A stretch of DNA of 64,000 bases, taken from a virus. The position numbers were made by a program, and so were the translations under genes. Numbering within the stretch: position 1 is the stretch's first letter; the number at the start of each line of letters is the position of its first letter. Below are positions 1-9,328 of this stretch, one piece after another. Location of the stretch: the IMG/VR virus record IMGVR_UViG_3300032242_002123, positions 6,783-70,782 of that record. One strand, 5' to 3'. A model generated the notes under the pieces. The model saw only the letters and a program-made list of their open reading frames with translations, was not told the DNA's origin and ran no database searches.

Positions 1-2
1 GC

Positions 3-1382
3 TCTTGTAACTATAGTCAATCTGCTGGTTGTGATGATGGAAGTTGTTATTGGGGTTGCAATGATATTAATGCAAGAAACTATCATAATGATTGCAACTC
101 TTGCTGGTATGTAGATTGTAATGATATTTTTGCTTGTAACTATGATCAAAATTCTTTTGGACCTAACGAATGTACATATCCAATAGATTTACTTCACAAT
201 TGCGATGGAAGTTGTAATCAAACTAATGATGACTGTAATGTATGTGGAGGTTCTTGTTTTAGTGGTTGCTGTGTTAACGGTAACGGTAACGGTGGTTCTT
301 GTGGTTCCACTAATGTAACAGATTATTTTGGTAATGGCTGCTGTAGTGATACAATAGGAACAGATATTTTAGGTAATAGTCTCTGTAATGGTTATGGTCC
401 TTATTGCACTGATGCTACAGCTTGTAGTGAAGATATTAATGGTTGTTTTTATAAAGCATGTAATGGGAATTGTACAAGTCGCACCAAAACACTTTGGCCT
501 AATTGCGCTCAACCTTCAATACAGCCTTCTGTGCTTGTTTCTTATAAAGTAGGAGCATTACCAGTTCCGAAAAACCCAAATGATCCAGCACTTAAAAATG
601 TTCTTCTTGCACAAAATACAAATTTCCCATTGATACTTCAAGCTGGTTTGGGGTCTACACCTAGACCCTCACACACCCCAACACCTACACCGTCATCAAC
701 TCCGACACCTACACCAACACCTACTCCAACACCTACTCCAACTCCAACACCACTACCGTTAGGTGTTGTACCATTCAGAACAGTAGGTGCTGATACATTT
801 ACGGTTCCGTCTGGAGTATTTGGACTAAGTGCTTTAGTTGTCGCTGGTGGTGGTGCAAGTAATGGTGGTGCTGGTGGTTTAATTTTTGAAACACTGAGTG
901 TTACTCCGGGTGATATAATCAATGTTTTTGTAGGTGATGGCGGAACCGCTGGCAATAATGGTCAAAATTCCATTTTTGGTTCTTTAACTGCTATTGGTGG
1001 TGGTTCTGGTGCTGGTGGTTTTGGTAATGGACATGATGGTGGTTCTGGTGGTGGTGCTGCTGCTTTTGGTGGGCCACATACTGGCGGTGTTAATACACCA
1101 AATCAAGGACATAGAGGTGGGAACGCTGAAGGAATATCTCACGGTGGTGGTGGTGGTGCTGGTGGTGTTGGTCAGAATGGTACTTATTCCGGTAGCGGTA
1201 ATGGTGGTAGAGGATTGTCATTTGATATATCTGGAACACCTACATATTATGCTGGTGGTGGTGGTGTAGTTGGTGGTCTTGGTGGTGGAGGAAGTAGTGG
1301 TCAAGATGGTTCCCCAAATACTGGTGGTGGTGGAGGTTTTCGTGCAAATGGAGGATCTGGTATTGTTATTATAAAATATTAA
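3..1382 (+). CDS. 5'-truncated virion-surface protein: Cys-rich repeats, Pro-Thr linker, C-terminal glycine-rich domain
   Basis: Frame 3 is open from base 3 (SCNYSQSAGCDDGSCYWGCNDINARNY...CTDATAC) into the listed 531..1382 ORF. (PT)n linker, then LVVAGGG...YYAGGGG...GGSGIVIIKY, typical of phage glycine-rich domains. Confidence 0.75.
   Translation, partial: SCNYSQSAGCDDGSCYWGCNDINARNYHNDCNSCWYVDCNDIFACNYDQNSFGPNECTYPIDLLHNCDGSCNQTNDDCNVCGGSCFSGCCVNGNGNGGSCGSTNVTDYFGNGCCSDTIGTDILGNSLCNGYGPYCTDATACSEDINGCFYKACNGNCTSRTKTLWPNCAQPSIQPSVLVSYKVGALPVPKNPNDPALKNVLLAQNTNFPLILQAGLGSTPRPSHTPTPTPSSTPTPTPTPTPTPTPTPTPLPLGVVPFRTVGADTFTVPSGVFGLSALVVAGGGASNGGAGGLIFETLSVTPGDIINVFVGDGGTAGNNGQNSIFGSLTAIGGGSGAGGFGNGHDGGSGGGAAAFGGPHTGGVNTPNQGHRGGNAEGISHGGGGGAGGVGQNGTYSGSGNGGRGLSFDISGTPTYYAGGGGVVGGLGGGGSSGQDGSPNTGGGGGFRANGGSGIVIIKY
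672..755 (+). repeat. Pro-Thr coding tandem repeat (degenerate 6-nt units)
   Basis: acacctacaccaacacctactccaacacctactcca... encodes TPTPTP. Confidence 0.9.
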
Positions 1383-1395
1383 TGTAAATAAATAC

Positions 1396-1635
1396 ATGCA
1401 AGAACCAAACTTATCTACCAAAATAGTTAGTCTCGGAAAAGCAATTATGAATGAAACAAAAGCAATAGTCCAAGGACAAGAACCAGTTAGTAATGATGAA
1501 CAAGTCAGAAGACTTAATATTTGCATGGGTTGTGCATATTACGATAATGGAAAATGTTTAATTTGTGGTTGTAATATGAATTTAAAAACTGGATTACGTT
1601 CCGCAAATTGTCCTCATACTCCACCGAAATGGTAA
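1396..1635 (+). CDS. small Cys-rich, probably Zn-binding protein (DUF6171-like)
   Basis: RRLNICMGC...CLICGC...KT....NCP...KW. Paralogous to 39926..40237. TAAATA 5 nt before the ATG. Confidence 0.7.
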   Translation: MQEPNLSTKIVSLGKAIMNETKAIVQGQEPVSNDEQVRRLNICMGCAYYDNGKCLICGCNMNLKTGLRSANCPHTPPKW

Positions 1636-1770
1636 AAAATATTATTGATTTTTATTTTTCAAAGATAAATATAACAAACCGATAAACGATTAAACCCAAG
1701 CTCAAATGCAATTTGAAAGCAAATGAATGAGGGACTTCGCTAAAGTACATAACCAAACAAAAATAAAATT

Positions 1771-1965
1771 ATGTCAATTCAACTTCAAGCTCAACCAAAG
1801 GCAGCTAACGCTGCTCTTTCTGAAGCTGATGTAGCTGCTATTGTTACAGCACTTTCAGGTGTAGTAACTCTCCCAGAGGGTGAAACATTTGCTAATGTTT
1901 TAGCATTAAACGTTACCATTCAGCCAACAGGTACAGGTGTCTTAAATGTACGTTTCAATAAGTAA
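1771..1965 (+). CDS. small hypothetical late protein
   Basis: 64 aa, own TAAATA promoter (1666-1671) and downstream terminator. Confidence 0.75.
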   Translation: MSIQLQAQPKAANAALSEADVAAIVTALSGVVTLPEGETFANVLALNVTIQPTGTGVLNVRFNK

Positions 1966-1986
1966 CATTTAAAATATAAAGGTCAC

Positions 1987-2020
1987 AAACACCCCGAAGT
2001 TAAATCTTTGGGGTGTTTTT
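1987..2020 (+). terminator. rho-independent terminator
   Basis: aaacaccccgaag-ttaaat-ctttggggtgttttt stem-loop with T tract. Confidence 0.85.
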
Positions 2021-2062
2021 GTTTATGAAACGTTACTATTCAAGTATAAGTATTTTCAATAT

Positions 2063-2572
2063 ATGAATCTCACGCCAAAAGTTTCCCAAATTCCATATAA
2101 TCCGAATGTTGCCCTTAATAATTCTTGGATTACGATTGAAAATGATCAAAATAGACCTTTATTTGCACAGGCTACATATATTACTAATGTTCAGGATATT
2201 GATTATCAAATTGGGTTATTAATAAATGAAATAAAAGAATTAAATAACCGTAATGGATTTGATGTTATTGATGATACTAATCCACATTTTGGTGATTATT
2301 CAATTCTTAAATTAATAGCGGATACAAAGTTTACAGATGTTAGTGCGAATAATGCAACGGTAGGAAATCTTTCTGCATACGAATTACCACAAGGTTTTGA
2401 ATTAAATGGAAGAATTAAAGGATTCCAATTACAATACGGTGCTGTTATTGCATATAAAGAACTAGATGAATATCGTTTTGATAACAGTGTTATTGGTATT
2501 GATGGAAAAGAACTTGTTTCCCTAACAGGTGATGCGTTAAATCCTGTAGCGATTGTAACTATTACTCCTTAA
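2063..2572 (+). CDS. hypothetical late/virion protein
   Basis: 169 aa ORF, TAAGTA 10 nt upstream, adjacent to the fibre gene. Confidence 0.65.
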   Translation: MNLTPKVSQIPYNPNVALNNSWITIENDQNRPLFAQATYITNVQDIDYQIGLLINEIKELNNRNGFDVIDDTNPHFGDYSILKLIADTKFTDVSANNATVGNLSAYELPQGFELNGRIKGFQLQYGAVIAYKELDEYRFDNSVIGIDGKELVSLTGDALNPVAIVTITP

Positions 2573-2619
2573 TATTTTTAATTGAATTGGTATAAACTCA
2601 AGGTAAATATTCATATATT

Positions 2620-5310
2620 ATGGCAACAACAACAAAAACATTCCCAAGCTTCACAACAAATACAACACCGACTTCTGGTGATTATTTAGTAGGTTATTTC
2701 GCAGATGGTTCACAAGAATTCAAAGCAACAGTAAACACTATCGGTGCAAATGTATCCGATGCAAGTGGTAATATTGTTGCAAGACAAGGTAATAACACAG
2801 CTTCTGGTGGTTATACAGTAGTTGCTGGTGGTAAAAATAATAATGTTGGAACTTGCTATGACGTAATTGCTGGTGGTCTTCAAAACACTGTTAATGTAGG
2901 CCCAACAAATACATATGGATGTTCATTTGTTGGTGGTGGTTTTAATAATACCGTTGATGGTCAAGCTTCAGTAATTGTTGGTGGTGCAAATAATCATATA
3001 GATAATGATGCATGTTACAGTACTGTTGTTGGTGGTTCTGATAACTCAGCAAAATTTAATAATTCATTCGTAGGTGGTGGTTGTAATAACGTTGCTGGAA
3101 CCCAACATGCAGTAGTAGTTGGTGGTAAAGATAACGTTTCTTGTAGTACAGCAAGTGGCCCTCAAAACTCACCTTTCGTTGGTGCTGGTCATGATAACAA
3201 AGCTTGTGGTTATTGGAATCCAGTAGTAGTTGGTGGTGCTTATAACTGTGCAACAGGAAGTAATACCTTTGTTGGTGGTGGTTGTAGAAATCGTGCACAA
3301 GGTTATCATTCAGTAGTTACTGGTGGTAATGATAATACAGCTTATAATAGTAATGATACCATTTCTGGTGGTGGTGATAATAAAACATGTAGCACTGAGT
3401 GGGGTGGTAATACAATTTCTGGTGGTTATTCTAACTGCACTGGTGATAATGTGGGAACTGGTTCCGCAACAATTGGTGGCGGTGGACAAAATTCCGCTTC
3501 TGGATATTATTCAACAATTGGTGGTGGTTATAATAACTATACTAATGATGAATGTACAACAGTTGCTGGTGGTGCAGATAACTCGGTTTATGATATTTAT
3601 TCAACAGTTGGTGGTGGTAGAATAAACCATGTTTATGGTTCTTGTTCAACAATTGCTGGTGGTGCTTATAACTATATTAACGGTCAAGCAGCAACAATCG
3701 GTGGTGGACATGCAAACTATGCAACTGATGAACATGCAGCAATTTTTGCTGGTGCTCATAACTGTGCAGACGCTTTAAATGCAACAGTAGTTGGTGGTTA
3801 TCGTAACTGTGCATTAGGTCAAGATTCATTTGTTGGTGCTGGTCAACATAATACAGCCTTTGGTTATTCCGCAACAATTGCTGGTGGTTGCTGTAACTAT
3901 GCTGGTGATGCTAATATCTTTAATGGTGGTGCAACAGTTGGTGGTGGTTGGTGTAATGCTGCCGTAGCTTGCTTTGGTGGTGCAACAATTGCTGGTGGTC
4001 ACAATAACATTGCAATTGGTTGTTGGAATCCAACAGTCGGTGGTGGTAGTAAGAACGTAGCAGTTGGTAGTAACACAACAGTTTCTGGTGGTTATTGCAA
4101 CCATGCTTACGGTTATCACTCAATTGTTGCTGGTGGTACATGTAACTCTGCTACTGGTAATCATGCATCAATCGGTGGTGGTTATTGCAACGTTGCTGGT
4201 GCTATTGAATGTATCTATGTAGATTCATCAGTTCCTACCTCTTCTGGTTGGTTCTATGGACAATCTTGTGGTGGAGATTGGTATCTTGCAAAGGAAAACG
4301 GAGATGCTTGCATTGTTCGTGTTAATAGTGGATTAAAGCAATGTTGGAATCTTGTTGATAACCAAGAAGAGACTATATCTTTTTATAATGATAATTTCTT
4401 AGAAAATGATGCTTGGTATGCCTGTCATAATTATACTTTAAATTATGTTAGCACAAATCGTTCATATGATTCAACAGTTGGTGGTGGTTATTGCAATATT
4501 GCATTAGGTACTGATGATACTGTTTCTGGTGGTTCTTACAACGTAACAACTGGTAGTTTTGCTTATACTTGCGCACCGAATGCAATTAGCTGTGGTAATA
4601 CAAATACAATTTCTGGTGGTTATGGTAATTCAACAGTATTAGGTTCTTGTAACACAATTTCTGGCGGTTACGGAAACGGTGGCATATTCAATGTTGGTAC
4701 AACAATTTCTGGTGGTTATAACAATACTGCTTTTGGTTCCGAACTTTCAACAATTGGTGGTGGTAAAAATAACTTTGTAACTGATGTTTATACAACAGTT
4801 TCAGGTGGTTGCGGAAACTCTGCTGTAAGTTGCAAAGCAACAGTAAGTGGTGGTGCTCATAACCATGCAACTGGTCAATATTCAGTAATCGCTGGTGGTG
4901 GTCATCATTGTGCATCTGGTAGACATTCAACAATTGCTGGTGGTCGTTGTAACATAGCTTCAGGTAATTGTTCATCAATCCTTGGTGGTATTAATAATAG
5001 TACAGATGAATATGACAATGCTCATATTATTGGTTCTGGTATCACAGCAAATAAACCTAACTTCACTTTTGTTAATAACTTAGATGTTGATGGTGAGGTA
5101 TATGTCGGTGATACTATTAATACTAATGCTGTCTATGGTGGTAGTACCTTATCATTAGGTGTATCTGGTCAAGAAGTTATTAAAGCTGATAACCACTCTG
5201 GTAAAAGAGCTATTACATATCTTAGAATGACAAGTCAAAACGGTCTTTCATCATTCAATGTTACAATTGACAATTCTGGTCAATTAGTAGCAACTAGAAA
5301 TGATGCATAA
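2620..5310 (+). CDS. tail fibre/adhesin-like beta-solenoid protein with many ~14-aa (S/A)T(I/V)xGGxxN repeats
   Basis: Dozens of repeats such as STIGGGYNNYTNDE and ATIAGGCCNYAG. A non-repeat insert (SSVPTSSGWFY...) lies near residues 530-615. TAAATA 10 nt upstream. Confidence 0.75.
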   Translation: MATTTKTFPSFTTNTTPTSGDYLVGYFADGSQEFKATVNTIGANVSDASGNIVARQGNNTASGGYTVVAGGKNNNVGTCYDVIAGGLQNTVNVGPTNTYGCSFVGGGFNNTVDGQASVIVGGANNHIDNDACYSTVVGGSDNSAKFNNSFVGGGCNNVAGTQHAVVVGGKDNVSCSTASGPQNSPFVGAGHDNKACGYWNPVVVGGAYNCATGSNTFVGGGCRNRAQGYHSVVTGGNDNTAYNSNDTISGGGDNKTCSTEWGGNTISGGYSNCTGDNVGTGSATIGGGGQNSASGYYSTIGGGYNNYTNDECTTVAGGADNSVYDIYSTVGGGRINHVYGSCSTIAGGAYNYINGQAATIGGGHANYATDEHAAIFAGAHNCADALNATVVGGYRNCALGQDSFVGAGQHNTAFGYSATIAGGCCNYAGDANIFNGGATVGGGWCNAAVACFGGATIAGGHNNIAIGCWNPTVGGGSKNVAVGSNTTVSGGYCNHAYGYHSIVAGGTCNSATGNHASIGGGYCNVAGAIECIYVDSSVPTSSGWFYGQSCGGDWYLAKENGDACIVRVNSGLKQCWNLVDNQEETISFYNDNFLENDAWYACHNYTLNYVSTNRSYDSTVGGGYCNIALGTDDTVSGGSYNVTTGSFAYTCAPNAISCGNTNTISGGYGNSTVLGSCNTISGGYGNGGIFNVGTTISGGYNNTAFGSELSTIGGGKNNFVTDVYTTVSGGCGNSAVSCKATVSGGAHNHATGQYSVIAGGGHHCASGRHSTIAGGRCNIASGNCSSILGGINNSTDEYDNAHIIGSGITANKPNFTFVNNLDVDGEVYVGDTINTNAVYGGSTLSLGVSGQEVIKADNHSGKRAITYLRMTSQNGLSSFNVTIDNSGQLVATRNDA

Positions 5311-5356
5311 AAAGTTACTAGAAATAGTAACAAATAAAGATAAATATTAATAGAAA

Positions 5357-5397
5357 GGAATCGCCCCCTGCGAGTGCAGGGGGGATAAAACGATTCC
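5357..5397 (+). promoter_or_regulatory. GC-rich structured 5' leader
   Basis: ggaatcg-ccccctgc-gagt-gcaggggg-gataaaa-cgattcc nested stem between the TAAATA at 5341 and the ATG at 5423, with no T tract. Confidence 0.6.
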
Positions 5398-5422
5398 ATA
5401 AACAACTAACCAATATACACAC

Positions 5423-5662
5423 ATGAGCATAAATGTCGTAACACAACCTCAACAGACTGTATCTCTCTCCGCAGTAGAAGTAATTGCAGTAAGAGATCTT
5501 TTCAACGAGAAGACAATCATCGCCAGAATCAAAGGTCTCCCAAGACCAGTTGTTCTCTGGACAGGTGAAGCAGATTACACAGCCGCTGGTGATTGGACAA
5601 ACGCAACTGCAACAGCAAAAGCTACAGCAGTTCTTTCCTTGTCCTCAATCCCTTGGGCATAA
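5423..5662 (+). CDS. small hypothetical late protein
   Basis: 79 aa, C-ending codon bias suggests high expression, own promoter and terminator. Confidence 0.75.
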   Translation: MSINVVTQPQQTVSLSAVEVIAVRDLFNEKTIIARIKGLPRPVVLWTGEADYTAAGDWTNATATAKATAVLSLSSIPWA

Positions 5663-5686
5663 GTTAACAATAACTTAAAAACACAG

Positions 5687-5719
5687 AAAGACACTCTTTA
5701 ATTAGAGTGTCTTTTTTTT
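5687..5719 (+). terminator. rho-independent terminator
   Basis: aaagacactct-ttaatt-agagtgtc followed by T8. Confidence 0.85.
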
Positions 5720-5759
5720 AAAAAAAGAGTTTATACAAATGATAAATATTAATGTACCC

Positions 5760-7397
5760 ATGAGCATACAACTACCAAAAATAAACTTCAATCAATTATC
5801 CGCAGTGGATATTAATAGTATAAACCCTAATGATGTTATTAACTATAATAATAGTTGTCAACCAGCTATAAGGTGGTTATATACTGCTGAAGATGGTAAA
5901 GATCTTGAAGGAAAAACTGGATCATTAAGAAATGGAGATCCATTACCAAAAGGAAAAGTTAATCCAGATATAAATCCAAACGTAACAACAACTGTATTAG
6001 CAAGTTCTATAGATTGGTCTTTACAAAGTTATTATTATGGATGGGGTGATGTTGTTAGTAATGCAAATCAAGGTGATAAAGCTTTAGGTGATGGTCAAAC
6101 AATTGTTATAGTTAATAAATTCGGATCTAAATATGCATTGCAAGATTTGCAAACCTTTGCGGCAAATTATCCCAGTATGCCAGCACCTAAACTTCAAATA
6201 ATTAATTTAGAAGATGTATATCCTAGTCTTGGTAAATTTAGTTGGGATTATTTTAAAAATAGTAATGATCAAGAATTAAAAAGAGCAGCAGTTGGATGGG
6301 CTTCGGAGACTAGTTTAGATTTACAAGCTGCTTGGATGATGGCACCCAAAGCTAATATAATTTTAGTTGTTACTCCATATGCATCAGGTTGTGATACTAC
6401 ACTTCTTGGTATGCAGTATGCAATTAATAGCCTTAGTGCAAAAAATATATCATGCAGCTGGGGGTATGATGAAAGAGACTTAATTTCACAAAATAAATCT
6501 TCAATACAATATACACATCCTACTTTCTTTTTTGATGATAATAGTACTATGAGATTTGCATCATTATCAGGAATAGAATTTGTTATATATTTTGAACATT
6601 TTGTTCTTGAAAAAAGAATATGTTCTTATACTGTTGCAACTGGTGATAAAGGTGGTCAGTTAATGTATCCAGCATCATCTCCTAATTCTTTAGCAATTGG
6701 TGGTACACAATTTTATAATACTTATGAAAATAATGTTTCTACTGGACTTTTTAATGAAACCTTATGGCCTCATGCAGCTTGTGGTGTAACTAATTTTTTC
6801 AATAGACCATCATATCAAGATTCTTTTAACTTAAATACAAGAAGATCAGTACCCGATATATCTTATAATTCCGGAACTGGCGTTCAAATATTTTTCACCA
6901 ATCCTTTTAATGCTCTTGGAACTGGCACATACATATATTCAGCCGGGACAAGTGCAGCTACACCACAAATAGCATCATTTTTGGCTGTATTAAAAGCAAC
7001 CAATTCTTTATCTGCTTTGAACGATCCAACAATTAAAAATTTATTTTATGGTAATGCTAGAAGCAATTATTCTTTATATTTTAATGATATAAAAACAGGA
7101 ACTACTGCTAATGAAGGTTATCAGAATCAATCAGCTGCAAATGGATTTGATGTTGCTACTGGATTAGGAAGTCCAAAAATTAATAAATTTGTTACTTTTA
7201 TACCATCAAGTCCAACTCCAACTCCAACTAAAACCAAAACACCTACTCCAACTCCAACTCCAACTAAAACATCTACACCAACTCCAACTAAAACACCAAC
7301 TCCAACTAAAACACCAACTCCAACTAAAACACCAACTCCAACTAAAACACCTACTCCAACTAAAACACCTACTCCTACTGCTACTAGACGTAGATAA
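5760..7397 (+). CDS. sedolisin/kumamolisin family (S53) serine peptidase with C-terminal Pro/Thr/Lys tail
   Basis: ETSLD (Glu/Asp of the triad), ATGDKG (oxyanion Asp), YPASSP, RSVPDIS, AGTSAATP (nucleophile Ser), GFDVATGLGSP (Ca site). Start placed at MSIQL, 11 nt after TAAATA (5743). Confidence 0.85.
   Translation: MSIQLPKINFNQLSAVDINSINPNDVINYNNSCQPAIRWLYTAEDGKDLEGKTGSLRNGDPLPKGKVNPDINPNVTTTVLASSIDWSLQSYYYGWGDVVSNANQGDKALGDGQTIVIVNKFGSKYALQDLQTFAANYPSMPAPKLQIINLEDVYPSLGKFSWDYFKNSNDQELKRAAVGWASETSLDLQAAWMMAPKANIILVVTPYASGCDTTLLGMQYAINSLSAKNISCSWGYDERDLISQNKSSIQYTHPTFFFDDNSTMRFASLSGIEFVIYFEHFVLEKRICSYTVATGDKGGQLMYPASSPNSLAIGGTQFYNTYENNVSTGLFNETLWPHAACGVTNFFNRPSYQDSFNLNTRRSVPDISYNSGTGVQIFFTNPFNALGTGTYIYSAGTSAATPQIASFLAVLKATNSLSALNDPTIKNLFYGNARSNYSLYFNDIKTGTTANEGYQNQSAANGFDVATGLGSPKINKFVTFIPSSPTPTPTKTKTPTPTPTPTKTSTPTPTKTPTPTKTPTPTKTPTPTKTPTPTKTPTPTATRRR
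7212..7380 (+). repeat. 18-nt tandem repeat encoding PTKTPT
   Basis: ccaactaaaacaccaact is repeated at least 5 times, with degenerate copies. Confidence 0.9.
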
Positions 7398-7411
7398 TTT
7401 AAATAAAATAG

Positions 7412-7440
7412 TTGACTTCACGAAACATCCCATCTATTAT
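7412..7440 (+). promoter_or_regulatory. sigma70-like promoter of purA
   Basis: TTGACT-17nt-TATTAT, with ATG 7448 7 nt downstream. Confidence 0.65.
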
Positions 7441-7447
7441 AGGTGGG

Positions 7448-8446
7448 ATGATTTCTTTTGTAGACATAATTGTTGGCCTTGCTTGGGGTGATGAGGGCAA
7501 GGGTAAAATATCAAGTGCATTAGCCAAAGACTATGACATGGTTTGTCGTTGGAATGGCGGACCAAATGCTGGTCATACTGTTTATATTGAAGACAAGAAA
7601 TATAAAACTCATTTAATTCCATCTGGTGTTTTTCATAATAAATTATCAATTATTGGACCTAATTGTGTAATTAATATAGACAAATTTTATGAAGAACTTG
7701 ATTATCTTAAAGAAAACGGTTTTGATATCTCTTTGGTCAAGATTCATCCTAATGCTCATGTCATTACACAGGATCATATATCATATGATGTAAATGTCCT
7801 TAAACCTAAACTTGGCACTACAGGTCAAGGTATTGCTCCTTGTTATGCTGACAAAATGGTTCGTTCCGGTTTACAGATTAAAAATTATATCACATCGAAT
7901 TTCCTATGGGATGGAAAACTTTCAGGAAAGATCCTTTGCGAAGGAGCACAATCTGTTTGGCTTGATATTAATCATGGAAATTATCCATATGTGACAAGTA
8001 GTGAGACTCTTCCATATGCCGCTTGTTCTCTTGGATTCTCACCAAAGAAGATTCGTGATATTTACGGTATAGCTAAAATCTATGATACTAAAAGTGGCGT
8101 AGATCCTTTGTTTCCTGAATCTCTTTGGGAGAATGAAGAACTTAATAAAATTATAGAAGCGGGTGGAGAAGTTGGAACTACTACTGGTAGAAAAAGACTC
8201 GTGAATTATCTCAATATTCCTTTATTATTAGAGGCTATTAATATATCAGGCGTTACAAAGGTTATTATTAATAAATGTGATGTACTAGAGTCTCTAGGTA
8301 TTTACAAACTTCTTATCAATCAAGTTCGTACATATAGTTGCTTTGAAGAAGTAAAAGATGTTATTAGTCTTTATATTTCTAATGGAAACGTCAATGGCAT
8401 CACAGAAAATGATATTGTATTTTCCGGAGATGTAACTAAGATATAA
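7448..8446 (+). CDS. purA: adenylosuccinate synthetase (short form)
   Basis: WGDEGKGK, GGPNAGHT, HLIPSG, GTTGQGIAPCY, EGAQ, YPYVTSS, GTTTGRKR, NKCD motifs. About 330 aa. Confidence 0.93.
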   Translation: MISFVDIIVGLAWGDEGKGKISSALAKDYDMVCRWNGGPNAGHTVYIEDKKYKTHLIPSGVFHNKLSIIGPNCVINIDKFYEELDYLKENGFDISLVKIHPNAHVITQDHISYDVNVLKPKLGTTGQGIAPCYADKMVRSGLQIKNYITSNFLWDGKLSGKILCEGAQSVWLDINHGNYPYVTSSETLPYAACSLGFSPKKIRDIYGIAKIYDTKSGVDPLFPESLWENEELNKIIEAGGEVGTTTGRKRLVNYLNIPLLLEAINISGVTKVIINKCDVLESLGIYKLLINQVRTYSCFEEVKDVISLYISNGNVNGITENDIVFSGDVTKI

Positions 8447-8460
8447 TATATAAATTTAAT

Positions 8461-8532
8461 TGCCTTGTAGTGTAACTGGTAGCACCAATCTCTTTGAAAG
8501 ATTTAGTTTAGGATCGTACCCTAACGAGGCAG
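8461..8532 (+). tRNA. tRNA-Gln(UUG)
   Basis: Acceptor tgccttg/cgaggca, anticodon arm aatct-ctTTGaa-agatt, T arm ttagg-atcgtac-cctaa (atypical loop). No encoded CCA. Confidence 0.8.
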
Positions 8533-9267
8533 TAGTTTATTAAGAGCATTTTGTTTTTGCCAATAACCAATTTTTGGTAAAAATATATTATTTTTTATAC
8601 AATGTTTTTTTATAGCATTATCACTAACATTTAATTTTTTTGATAATTTTATTAAAGGGTATTTTAAAACCATATTAGATAATGTATTATTATTGGGCCA
8701 AATAATTTTAGTAGGTCTTGGTTTATTATATTTTTCTTTTTTATTTTTAATAGATATTTTACTTTTTGAAGATTTACCAGCAAATGTATCAGTTTGACTA
8801 TGGCAATTAGGACAAAGAAAACAAAGATTTTCTAATCTATTATCATCAGATATTCCATTTATATGTTCTAATTGTAGAACCAATTTTTTATTATTCCAAT
8901 TTCCATTATTATTACAATCTCTACATTCCCAATTTAGTAAATTAAATTTTAATAAATATTTTTTTAAATGACCTCTAGTTTTATTAGATTTTTCTGTTAA
9001 CCATTCTTTTTTAAAAATTTCTTTAGTAACTTTTCTACTATCAATAGAGGATTCTTCCCTACTCATAAAATGAGAAGTATCTAATTCTAATTCTATAATT
9101 CTTTGTTTAACTGTTCTATTATTTCCTCCTTTATTTTTTAAATCAAAATGAGCTAAAACTTGTGTTGTTGTTTTTGAATTATTTACAAGATTTATAAAAT
9201 CTTTATCAGATATTTTCCAAATAGGACTCCATCTATTTTTCTTTTTGGTAGTATAAATATTTTGCAT
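8521..9267 (-). mobile_element. free-standing HNH homing endonuclease
   Basis: CRDC...LQLEHINGISDDNRLENLCFLCPNCHSQT, C-terminal HTH-like segment. Very AT-rich, antisense within the tRNA cluster, TAAGTA upstream of MQNIY. Confidence 0.85.
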
Positions 9268-9328
9268 TATACTTATACTTACAATTAAGATTTGACATTT
9301 CAACAAAAAAAGTATATATTATACAAAT

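Noticed and set aside
1695-1750. c-di-GMP or other named riboswitch in the 1771 leader
   Set aside because: A GAAA-containing hairpin is present, but I could not match the consensus of any known family. It is kept only as an unnamed structured leader.
638-4978. Alternative-frame ORFs (638..955, 994..1269, 3056..3298, 3323..3625, 3677..4141, 4688..4978)
   Set aside because: Shadows of GGT/ACA-rich coding repeats giving poly-V/H/Q, with no independent start signals.
2620-7397. CRISPR array or DGR repeats in the repetitive fibre region
   Set aside because: The repeats are in-frame coding repeats with synonymous variation. There is no repeat-spacer pattern and no reverse transcriptase.
7189-7491. 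ORFs 7189..7491 and 7206..7433 (QLQLKH and WSWCFS repeats)
   Set aside because: Other frames of the PTKTPT repeat.
7448-8446. PurZ / 2-aminoadenine (Z-genome) pathway
   Set aside because: The protein keeps the PurA catalytic Asp (GDEGKG), where PurZ has Ser. No datZ- or mazZ-like neighbours were recognised.
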